From Candidatus Undinarchaeota archaeon (GTDB lineage Archaea > Undinarchaeota > Undinarchaeia > Undinarchaeales > UBA543): a stretch of DNA of 64,000 bases. Numbering within the stretch: the stretch's first letter is position 1; every line of letters starts with the position of its first letter. The translations under genes and the position numbers were made by a program. The notes beneath the pieces were generated by a model. The model made no database searches and was not told the DNA's origin. It saw only the letters and a list, made by a program, of their open reading frames with translations. Shown piece by piece: positions 47,917 through 56,127 of this stretch. The DNA lies in contig CAZWSR010000001.1 in assembly GCA_964636545.1 (NCBI GenBank), positions 1-64,000 of the forward strand, read 5' to 3'.

Positions 47917-48093
47917 ATGGGTAAAGTAAGATTTAAAAGAATAACAGACAGCGTTTACATAAAGTGTCCAGCATGTGAGAAGAATGTATTCGTATATAAG
48001 GAAAAAGGAAGAAATTATATTATAAAATGTGTGAACTGCAAACAAAAAGGACAGGTGGATAAAACTGTTGCGGATCCAGTAGGATTGGATTGA
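47917..48093 (+). CDS. Small zinc-ribbon protein (58 aa, not in the ORF track)
   Basis: MGKVRFKRITDSVYIKCPACEKNV...IKCVNCKQKG. Confidence 0.65.
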   Translation: MGKVRFKRITDSVYIKCPACEKNVFVYKEKGRNYIIKCVNCKQKGQVDKTVADPVGLD

Positions 48094-48098
48094 ATAAT

Positions 48099-48401
48099 TT
48101 ACTCACCGCGCATGAATTTCTTCACAATGTGCGGGAATAATTTTGCCTCAGCTTTTCGTAGATTCTCCTGAAATGCTCTTCGAGTTGTGTCAGAACGCTG
48201 AGCAAGTTCCTCAAGAGTTATTTTGCGAGGCCAAGAATAATATTTGTGTTTTAAAGCTGTATGCAGTGCTTCAAACTGCTTTTGGGTGATTTTTACATCT
48301 TTTGAAATAGCATCATAAGTAAAATTTTCAACAATAGCATTGCTAATTCCTTCATCTTTTCCAGTAGTATTAATTTCTAATTCTGCCATTTCAGTACCCA
48401 C
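48099..48401 (-). CDS. HTH_10 (Bat-like) transcription regulator, short form
   Basis: ITQKQFEAL..A...YYSWPRKITLEELA......F.E.LRKAE.KL. Confidence 0.85.
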   Translation of the reverse strand: MGTEMAELEINTTGKDEGISNAIVENFTYDAISKDVKITQKQFEALHTALKHKYYSWPRKITLEELAQRSDTTRRAFQENLRKAEAKLFPHIVKKFMRGE

Positions 48402-48453
48402 TATCGCTTTAAAACTCTATAATATACTATATAAATGTTACTGACATACGTCA

Positions 48454-48526
48454 GTGTGGAGTTTAGAGTTTGGAATTTGGATTTTAGAGTATACTCTAAA
48501 TTCTAAACTCAAAATTCTAAATTCTA
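48454..48526. repeat. Heptamer palindromic array (TTTRGAR)n / (TCTAAAY)n
   Basis: Inverted arms around GAGTATACTC; near-exact inverted copy at 50836-50906. Confidence 0.88.
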
Positions 48527-48527
48527 C

Positions 48528-48722
48528 TTATGCTTCAAATTGTGCAATATCATCAACAAGATCAACTTGTGACAATAACATCCTTCTGCAACAATATCTT
48601 TCAACGCCGAGTTCATTAAGCACTGTGCTTGGCTCTTCGCCGTCAGCAATGCGCCTCTTATAGTCCTCATACTCAGCGCCTAGGACTTTTCCACAACTGA
48701 AACATCGTACTGGAATAATCAT
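48528..48722 (-). CDS. rpoN: RNA polymerase subunit Rpo10 (N)
   Basis: [12 protein letters not shown]...RYCCRRMLL. Confidence 0.98.
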   Translation of the reverse strand: MIIPVRCFSCGKVLGAEYEDYKRRIADGEEPSTVLNELGVERYCCRRMLLSQVDLVDDIAQFEA

Positions 48723-48728
48723 TGAATA

Positions 48729-49133
48729 TCACCTGTAACTCTTCTGCCGCTTAGACCTTGCAGAAGAATCATTTGGTTTGCATGGCTCTTTCTGCCTTGA
48801 ATCTCCTGAGAAGATTTTGTTATCGTAAGTTATAAGCTCTTTCTTGAGAGTTTTGTCGCCTGTAAACTCAATAACTCCTCGTGCTAATGCAACTCTGCTA
48901 GCAACTGCCTGACCAGAAGGACCGCCGCCATTGGTTTTAATACCAATATCTAGCTTGTCCATCTTGCTTCCGATTATTTGCATTGGCTCAAGTAGTAAGT
49001 TTCGCTCATAATAAGTTCCCCATTTTTCAACAGGAATTGAATTGATTGTGACTTTTCCAGCACCATTCTGTACTGTTGCGCGAGCTACTGCGCTTTTCTT
49101 TTTTCCAGTGGTTGTTATTGATTTCTTACTCAT
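48729..49133 (-). CDS. rps9: 30S ribosomal protein uS9
   Basis: GKKKSAVARA, GGG.SGQA, ARSKRQKSYR. Confidence 0.96.
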   Translation of the reverse strand: MSKKSITTTGKKKSAVARATVQNGAGKVTINSIPVEKWGTYYERNLLLEPMQIIGSKMDKLDIGIKTNGGGPSGQAVASRVALARGVIEFTGDKTLKKELITYDNKIFSGDSRQKEPCKPNDSSARSKRQKSYR

Positions 49134-49711
49134 TCTTTCTTTTCCTCTTTTGGCTTTGGTTCTTCTTTAGATTCTGATTTTTCTTCTTTCTTCTCTTCTT
49201 TTGGTTTCTCTTCTTTCTTTTCTGGTTCTTTTTCCTTTTTCTCAGGTTTTGATTCAGCTTTAGGAGTAGATTTGACTGCTTTTGATTCTTCCATAATCTT
49301 TGAACCTAATTCTTGTGACAAATCATTCAAAGTCATGTACAAACGATTTTCAATTTCACCAATGTGTGCAATTTCAACTGACACAGCTTTCTGTTTTGCA
49401 AGTTCTTCAGGAACTCCAAGATATGCTCGAACTCTGTCAAGTGCGTCCCTGCCTCGCTGTTTCTTGTATGGAAGCATTCCCCTTATTGCACGCTTCAAAA
49501 TTCGGTCAGCGCGTTTTGGGTAAAATGGACCTTGATATCGTGAACCAACAGTTCTCTTGAATTTGTATCTCTCAAGAATGTTGCTTTTTGTGCCTGTAAC
49601 AACTGCTTTGTCAGCATTTACAATTCGGATTGTCTCGCCTTTAAGTGCTTCTTTTGCAGTGTATGATGCTAATCTTCCAACTTTGAGATCTGTTGCATCA
49701 ATTATTTTCAT
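49130..49711 (-). CDS. rpl13: 50S ribosomal protein uL13 with Lys/Glu-rich tail
   Basis: IIDA....GRLAS, GPFYPKR.D.I.KR.IRGMLP. Confidence 0.96.
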   Translation of the reverse strand: MKIIDATDLKVGRLASYTAKEALKGETIRIVNADKAVVTGTKSNILERYKFKRTVGSRYQGPFYPKRADRILKRAIRGMLPYKKQRGRDALDRVRAYLGVPEELAKQKAVSVEIAHIGEIENRLYMTLNDLSQELGSKIMEESKAVKSTPKAESKPEKKEKEPEKKEEKPKEEKKEEKSESKEEPKPKEEKKE

Positions 49712-50061
49712 TTGAATATTCGCACTCCTTTTGCACTTTTTTCAAGCAAATCTTCGATTTTATTGTAAGATCCGCCAGCTTTAGAAACTCTCTCTGAAAC
49801 TGCTTTTGAAGCAGAGAATGAGTATAAATTAATAGAATGATCAAGACTTCCTGTTCCAAGGACTTTGCCAGGGACAAGTATAGTCTCACCCTTTGCAGTC
49901 AATCGGTTTAGCTTGGATAAATTAACTTCTGCCCAGTTCTTACCAGGGCTCTCTAGACGCTTAGCTACATCTTTCCATAATGCTTCTTTTGATTCCTCAG
50001 ACTTCTTGTACAACGATTTTATCAAACCAGAAACCCTCGGATTAGTCTTTTTTCGCTTCAT
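49708..50061 (-). CDS. rpl18e: 50S ribosomal protein eL18
   Basis: KTNP, W.DVA.RL, VNLSKL, VPGKVLG.G. Confidence 0.96.
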   Translation of the reverse strand: MKRKKTNPRVSGLIKSLYKKSEESKEALWKDVAKRLESPGKNWAEVNLSKLNRLTAKGETILVPGKVLGTGSLDHSINLYSFSASKAVSERVSKAGGSYNKIEDLLEKSAKGVRIFK

Positions 50062-50112
50062 ATAAGTGCAGTTTCTATAACGCAAGGGGTTTTTAAAGCT
50101 TTTGATGTCTCT

Positions 50113-50778
50113 CTACTTCTTGCCTTTCTTCCCAACTGGTGAAAATTCATAAATCACCAAAGCAATAGCAGCTAGAACAGCTACAATACTAATACCCCAC
50201 CAAGCATTTTTGCTCAAAAACACATCTAAAATACCTTTTGATTCAGAATCAATGTTTTCAATAATATCAGGACTGATGGTTTTTGCTGGTTTTGAAGGCA
50301 TTGCTTCAGTTCTTATTTCAAAATATTCACTCTTGAATAACATTCCATCGCCAGTAATTAACGCTTGAGTTGAATAAACTTTTCCAGCAAGTTCTTCTGG
50401 AATGTCAAAGCTCACAGTATAAACATATTCGCGTTTAGGATAAAGTGAATTATGAACAGCAGGAGAAACAGTGTACAACGACTCATCAATATCAGGAAGT
50501 GTTAAAACTGCATGATTAACTCCGCATCGAACATCAGAAACTTTGACCTCAACATCAGTAATGGTTGATGGATAAATAGTACTTGTTTCAGGAATTGAAA
50601 ATTGCATTGACGCCATGCAGTCAGGAAGCCCAACAATATCTCCAGTAACACGACTTACAAGTTCATTAAAAGAGATTAAACCAGTAGGAGCTACTCCGTT
50701 GCTCATAAAGGAAACACTACCTATCAGCATTACAACAAGTAGTATAGTCACACCAATCCAGCGAATTTTATCGGTCAT
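50113..50778 (-). CDS. Membrane-anchored exported protein
   Basis: N-terminal signal/TM with PTG motif, Ig-like middle, C-terminal TM. Confidence 0.65.
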   Translation of the reverse strand: MTDKIRWIGVTILLVVMLIGSVSFMSNGVAPTGLISFNELVSRVTGDIVGLPDCMASMQFSIPETSTIYPSTITDVEVKVSDVRCGVNHAVLTLPDIDESLYTVSPAVHNSLYPKREYVYTVSFDIPEELAGKVYSTQALITGDGMLFKSEYFEIRTEAMPSKPAKTISPDIIENIDSESKGILDVFLSKNAWWGISIVAVLAAIALVIYEFSPVGKKGKK

Positions 50779-50835
50779 TGTACTAAATCAATGAATTTTG
50801 GCTAATTTATAGTTTTCTGATTGGTTAAATTGAGA

Positions 50836-50906
50836 TAGAATTTAGAATTTTGAGTTTAGAATTTAGAGTTCACTCCAAATTCCAAAATCTAAACTCTAAA
50901 CTCTGA
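50836..50906. repeat. Heptamer palindromic array, inverted partner of 48454-48526
   Basis: 50836-50869 is the exact reverse complement of 48493-48526. Confidence 0.88.
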
Positions 50907-50954
50907 ACAGAACTAACCAAATATCTTTTTAAACACTAAATACTACTACTCCAC

Positions 50955-52697
50955 ATGAAGCGGTCACTGATCGCCCTTACAGTCCTATTCGTTATGTTAG
51001 CTTTAGCTGGTTCAGTTCATGCAATTCCTGGAATAAACAGCTCAACAACAATTGCAATTAACGATCCAGACACAAACGAACTTTTTACTTTGCCACGTAC
51101 TAATCAAAAACTTGAATCATGGGTAAATTTTTCATACACTGTACGAGGAGATAATAATGTGAGCTGGTGCAAACTGGTATCAAATAACACACAGATGGCA
51201 GTCAATATTAGTATTGAGCGAATAGGAAACGAGTATTTTAGAGACATTGCACTCACAAATGGAACTTGGTGGTATTATATTCAGTGCATGGATAATTATT
51301 CAAAACTCTATAATTCAACAAACGAAACATTGCGAATTATTCTTGATGATACTCCACCAACAGTTAGTCTGAATATACAAGACACAACTTACAACACAAC
51401 TGATGGCAGAACACTATTCCGATTCAATACAACAGAGATGGAAACTGGAATAGATAATTGTACATTGTTTGTTGAAGATGAAGAAAGAGGAAAGTTAGAA
51501 TCAGTTGGAAATAACAGTCGAGCTACTTTCCCTGAGCTTGTGTTTGGAGAAGGAGACTATATGTGGTATGTGGTTTGTCAGGATAATGCAGGAAATATTG
51601 GGAAATCAACGCATGGGTTGCTAATTGGAGAACTTATTGCGTCACAGACTATATTTCTTAACAGCCCCCCAGACCAAGCAGTTGATTTAGACACTTATGT
51701 AACTTTCAAATACACACCAGCGAGCCGTCTGCAAATAAACTGGTGCGGGCTATTGCTTAATGAAACTCATAATGTAACAGACAATGAAATAGAAAACGCA
51801 ACAGAGAATGTTTTTGAGAAAGTAAAACTGAACCACGGTCCATACAACTGGTCAATAAGCTGTGTGGACTCAGAAGGAAATAATGTAACTTCAGGAAAAA
51901 GAGAATTGTTTGTCAACAGAACAATACTTCTGAGCGAATATCTAAGAATAAATATTTCAGCTCCAGCAGACCTTCAAATAGTTGATTCGGGTGGAGTAAC
52001 AATTCATTATACCCCAACAGCAGTTCTTGGCCTGAACCGTTGCGAATTGTTAACAAACAGGAGTGTTCGAGGAGTTACTGAAGGAATTAGTAGTGGCGAA
52101 GAAGCACTGTTTTCAGGAGTTTCATTTTCCGAAGGTATATGGGAATGGAGACTTCGCTGTTTTGATAATTCAGGTAATGAAATAAATTCAGAACTGAGAA
52201 CATTGATAGTTAATGCACAAGATCCAGAACCAATAATAAATGAACCAGATAAGAAGATATCTGGAGAAATTGAAGATAAAGATATTACAGAAATTCTTTC
52301 AGATATTAAGGGAAGAGCTAAGGGCTTTTTGGGAATGAGTAATGCAGCTTGGCTTGCACTTGTGATAATAGTTGTTTTCTTGGGAGTTGGGGCAAGCGTG
52401 ATTGTAACTGATAAAAAGTTTGAATTAGAATTAATAAAAGATGTTCAGTTGGTTTTGTATAAATTAAAGATTAGAAAAGATCCACCTAATGCTAAAAAGA
52501 AAAACCCATTAACTGTGGAGCACAAGAAAGCTTTGAAAGATTATATCACATATCATATGAAGAATGGAGTTGCAAGAGTAAAGATTGAGGACCATTTGCG
52601 ATCTCATGAATGGAGAAATAATCATATTAAAGAAGTGTTTGATGAGCTTGAAGAAGAATGGGATGAGTGGCGGGATAGATTTGTTGAGAAAGAATAG
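50955..52697 (+). CDS. Surface protein with four Ig-like repeats and TM anchor
   Basis: Repeated C.L....G.Y.W.I.C.D..GN units; signal peptide; C-terminal TM. Confidence 0.8.
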   Translation: MKRSLIALTVLFVMLALAGSVHAIPGINSSTTIAINDPDTNELFTLPRTNQKLESWVNFSYTVRGDNNVSWCKLVSNNTQMAVNISIERIGNEYFRDIALTNGTWWYYIQCMDNYSKLYNSTNETLRIILDDTPPTVSLNIQDTTYNTTDGRTLFRFNTTEMETGIDNCTLFVEDEERGKLESVGNNSRATFPELVFGEGDYMWYVVCQDNAGNIGKSTHGLLIGELIASQTIFLNSPPDQAVDLDTYVTFKYTPASRLQINWCGLLLNETHNVTDNEIENATENVFEKVKLNHGPYNWSISCVDSEGNNVTSGKRELFVNRTILLSEYLRINISAPADLQIVDSGGVTIHYTPTAVLGLNRCELLTNRSVRGVTEGISSGEEALFSGVSFSEGIWEWRLRCFDNSGNEINSELRTLIVNAQDPEPIINEPDKKISGEIEDKDITEILSDIKGRAKGFLGMSNAAWLALVIIVVFLGVGASVIVTDKKFELELIKDVQLVLYKLKIRKDPPNAKKKNPLTVEHKKALKDYITYHMKNGVARVKIEDHLRSHEWRNNHIKEVFDELEEEWDEWRDRFVEKE

Positions 52698-52736
52698 ATT
52701 TTTATAATCGTTATTACAAGAAAAACACCCTACCTT

Positions 52737-52825
52737 GCGGGGGTAGCAAAGCCTGGTCAAATGTGCTAGGTTGAGGGCCTAGTTCCTTAGTGGATTCGAG
52801 GGTTCAAATCCCTTCCTCCGCACCA
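52737..52825 (+). tRNA. tRNA-Leu(GAG)
   Basis: GCGGGGG acceptor, CTAGG-TTGAGGG-CCTAG, long V arm, GGTTCAAATCC, A73 with encoded CCA. Confidence 0.95.
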
Positions 52826-52937
52826 ATTTCTTAAAACAGTAATTTGAACCAATTTCAAAACAGGGCTTCGCGAAGCGAACGCCCTTATGCCATCGTCCGC
52901 GGCAAGGCGGACTGTTCGAACCTCGTCCCCCGCATCA
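52826..52937. mobile_element. Mini hairpin element plus displaced tRNA-Leu 3' end (att-like)
   Basis: 52914-52937 matches the tRNA 3' end at 18/24; 24-bp identity to 13184-13207. Confidence 0.6.
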
Positions 52938-53003
52938 CACTTTTAATAATCTTTATTCGTGCTAGATAAAGTTAAATAATACAGATTAACAGTAAATTAT
53001 ACT

Positions 53004-54077
53004 ATGATTGATGAAGTCAGTTTTGTTGCAAAGGCCGGTGATGGAGGAGATGGACAGGTCAGCTTCAAACGAGATAAGAATGGCCCTAAAAGCGGCCCTG
53101 ATGGAGGGAATGGAGGCAACGGCGGTTCTATCTATATTGAAGCTGATTCTAACATAAATACCCTAAGTGACTTTGCTGGGAAAACGAGAATAACTGCAGA
53201 AAATGGAGAGAAAGGTAAACGAGGGCGTAACAATCCTAAAAAAACACAAGACATAACTCGTAAAGTTCCTGTTGGAACAATGATTTACAATGCAACCACT
53301 AATCGACTTATATTAGACCTTAACAAGTCCGGCATGAGCTATTGTATCGCGCATGGTGGTAAAGGCGGGTTGGGTAATTGGCGTTTCAAATCATCGAAGG
53401 ATGTAGCCCCAACTAAATTTACTTATGGAGAAAAAGTCAAACCAATCAATGTTCATCTAAAACTCAAAGTTTTGGCTCAAATTGGATTAGCTGGTTTACC
53501 AAATACTGGAAAAAGCACAATACTTTCTGTTCTAACCAAAGCTAAACCAAAAATTGCAAATTATCCTTTTACTACTTTATCTCCAAATTTAGGGGTTATG
53601 GAAACAATTGACAAAACAGGTGACTTGGTTATAGCAGATATCCCTGGTTTGATTGAGGGTGCGTCACTTGGTAAGGGTTTAGGAATTCGTTTTCTCAAAC
53701 ACCTTCAAAGATGTCAATTAATTGTATATGTTATATCTCCTGAAATTCATGAACTTGAATTAACTGGAGAACAAATAGCTCAGAGTTTATGGGAACAAAA
53801 AGAAAAAGTTGAGAATGAAATGACACAGTTCAGTGCTGAGCTTGTAAAAGTTTCAAGTATGATTGTTATTAACAAAAAAGATCTTTTAACACAAGAACAA
53901 CAAGATGCAATTTTATCTTTTTTCAAAACAAAGAACAAAAAAATTATGCTAATCTCTGCTGCTACAACTGACAATATACAGATATTTTCAAATGAGCTTC
54001 AGGAGAAATACAAAAAAGCTGTACTTACTAAAGTAGATGAAGAAAAAGATAACTCAGATTATACACCCAACCCGTAA
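53004..54077 (+). CDS. obgE: Bacterial-type Obg GTPase (ObgE/CgtA)
   Basis: Gly-rich Obg fold AGDGGDG.VSF.R....GPDGGNGGNGG; GLPNTGKST, YPFTTL.PNLG, DIPGLIEGA, NKKD, ISA. Confidence 0.93.
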   Translation: MIDEVSFVAKAGDGGDGQVSFKRDKNGPKSGPDGGNGGNGGSIYIEADSNINTLSDFAGKTRITAENGEKGKRGRNNPKKTQDITRKVPVGTMIYNATTNRLILDLNKSGMSYCIAHGGKGGLGNWRFKSSKDVAPTKFTYGEKVKPINVHLKLKVLAQIGLAGLPNTGKSTILSVLTKAKPKIANYPFTTLSPNLGVMETIDKTGDLVIADIPGLIEGASLGKGLGIRFLKHLQRCQLIVYVISPEIHELELTGEQIAQSLWEQKEKVENEMTQFSAELVKVSSMIVINKKDLLTQEQQDAILSFFKTKNKKIMLISAATTDNIQIFSNELQEKYKKAVLTKVDEEKDNSDYTPNP

Positions 54078-54110
54078 TTTTCAGCTATGAGTACGCGCCA
54101 CATCACAATT

Positions 54111-54557
54111 TTAAAACTCTTTCTTCATTGGCTGATAAACCATTCCCTGCTTCCTTGAAATTCCACGTGACTTTTTAAATCCATGTTTTGTGTAGAAACC
54201 AACAGCAGAGAGTGCGGACCAGACAAATATCTTTTTCACACCACAGCCCTTATAATAAGATTCAACTTTTTTGAGAAGTGCAGAGCCAATACCCTGTCCA
54301 TGGTATTTTTTATTAACAAACATTGCTCCAACTCGATTGTGTTTTTTAAAAGCACTTCCAACACCAACAATAGTATTGTTAATTTTTGCAACATAAAGTG
54401 GATCTTTATTCTTCAGAACTTCACTAACCGTTATATCTTTCTCAATTAATTCGCGACCCTCTTTTGTAAAGTCCTGAAAAACATGATTCCGGAAACCAGT
54501 AAGTATTACATTTACAACTTTGTCTTCATCACCTTTCTGGAATCTTTCTATTTTCAT
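54111..54557 (-). CDS. GNAT acetyltransferase
   Basis: MFV...YHGQGIGSALL...AVGFYTKHGF. Confidence 0.9.
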   Translation of the reverse strand: MKIERFQKGDEDKVVNVILTGFRNHVFQDFTKEGRELIEKDITVSEVLKNKDPLYVAKINNTIVGVGSAFKKHNRVGAMFVNKKYHGQGIGSALLKKVESYYKGCGVKKIFVWSALSAVGFYTKHGFKKSRGISRKQGMVYQPMKKEF

Positions 54558-54645
54558 TACAAGTATAAATCAGTAAAGTGAATATAAAAAGCTATGGCAC
54601 TCACGTTAACACTAAATACAATACCCTAAAAAGAACATGTCTTTT

Positions 54646-54966
54646 TTATTCTGCTTTTGGCTCTTCAGTTTTAGCTTCTTCGCCAGCTTTGACAATCTTA
54701 CCGTTTCGTCCTGCAGATATCTGTTTGTTACCCTGCCATTCTGAAACCCAGCCGTCAATTATGCTGATCTTATCGCCTTCATTAACAGTGTCAATGTCCT
54801 CATTCCACAAAGTTAGAGTCATTTCTCCACTGTCGTCTTTGAGAGTAGCATTGCAAACTCTTCCTTCTTTTCCAAATTTTTGGAATGTTCGTACATCCAT
54901 TTTTTCAACAACATCTACATTTTCAAGTGTAGCGGCCTGTTGTGCTAATACTTCTTTTATTTTCAT
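54646..54966 (-). CDS. Single OB-fold ssDNA-binding protein (SSB/RPA-like)
   Basis: G.VCNATLKDDSGEM.LTLW, GWV.EWQG..QIS.GR.G. Confidence 0.88.
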   Translation of the reverse strand: MKIKEVLAQQAATLENVDVVEKMDVRTFQKFGKEGRVCNATLKDDSGEMTLTLWNEDIDTVNEGDKISIIDGWVSEWQGNKQISAGRNGKIVKAGEEAKTEEPKAE

Positions 54967-55028
54967 TCTATTAAATTACCTCTCATTTAGTAGGACTAGA
55001 AGTAGTATATAAAATTTTGCCGGGAACA

Positions 55029-56003
55029 TCAAATTGTTACTTTTCCAATAACTCGTAAACTATCTCGCAAATCTGACCGGAAAATAACCGCAGTATCTGA
55101 ATATTTTGATAATGGTTTCTCAAGTTTCATTTTAAAATTAGTATCTTCAACCACGCCTTCAACAACCTGCGCACCAAGAGCAACGCGATACTTTTCTCCA
55201 ACACTAATATCGTTTTTGTAAAAAGGATTCTTTTCAAAAGTTCCAGAAAGTTCTTCAATACACACTAATTCTTCAGAAGAAAGCACAAAACCGCGTTTTA
55301 GCTCATCAACTTTAACACCTTTTACAGCAAGACCGGGCCGGATAGGAGCAGTTACTTCTTTTTGGTCAACATCCATAACTTGCATTGATTTAACAAGAAC
55401 TTCTTTCTTAAGAGGATAAATTGTAAACTTTTCATATGCTTTCATAACACCGGTTTTAAGTTCTCCAAGCAAAACAGTTCCAATACTTTTCACATCAAAA
55501 AAATGGTCCATAACAAACAAAGATTTATCAGATTTTTCAAACTCAACAGATTTTACCCACTCTTTTAATTCATTAATTTCAGAATCATTTTTCAAAGAAA
55601 CATCAAGAATTTTGGAATCTTTCAAACTTGTATTTGCAAGTAATGCTTCGAGTTTTGAATGCATATCAGAAATTTTAAAATCGCTTTCGCAAGTAGTTTT
55701 GTCAATAAGAAAACAAGTGGTTTTCTTTAGATAATCAAGAATTATTACAAGTTCTCCAAGACGATAATCAAGAGTATAATCAGCAGGAAGAACAACAATT
55801 GCACATTCAGAAACCTCTGCGCACTGGAAAACTGTTTCAATTTTTTCAGGATATGAAAACGCAGCTGCAATATTCAAAACACCATCTGCAAGATCGCCAT
55901 GATAGAGTGCAATATTACTTTCAGTTGCTTTTTTCCCAAGCTTCGCTGAAAATGAATTTACTGTTTCAAGATCAACACTGAAAAGTGAAACATTGTACTG
56001 CAT
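55029..56003 (-). CDS. SelB/EF-Tu-like protein with degenerate G domain
   Basis: LGKK.T.S.I, YPEKI, DHFFDVKSIGTV.LG, VKSMQ..D.D; no P-loop. Confidence 0.8.
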   Translation of the reverse strand: MQYNVSLFSVDLETVNSFSAKLGKKATESNIALYHGDLADGVLNIAAAFSYPEKIETVFQCAEVSECAIVVLPADYTLDYRLGELVIILDYLKKTTCFLIDKTTCESDFKISDMHSKLEALLANTSLKDSKILDVSLKNDSEINELKEWVKSVEFEKSDKSLFVMDHFFDVKSIGTVLLGELKTGVMKAYEKFTIYPLKKEVLVKSMQVMDVDQKEVTAPIRPGLAVKGVKVDELKRGFVLSSEELVCIEELSGTFEKNPFYKNDISVGEKYRVALGAQVVEGVVEDTNFKMKLEKPLSKYSDTAVIFRSDLRDSLRVIGKVTI

Positions 56004-56127
56004 GACTCGTTTTGATAATAAAGTTGTATTTAAACGCATTGAATAATGAGAACCGAGTTTGAACTCAATAAAGAGGGTATATATAACAGTGATTAGAAAT
56101 GAGACAACACAAAAAGGACGAAAAAAC

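Noticed and set aside
7837-50906. Short repeat arrays as CRISPR
   Set aside because: The units are tandem 7-8-mers without unique spacers, and no cas genes are present.
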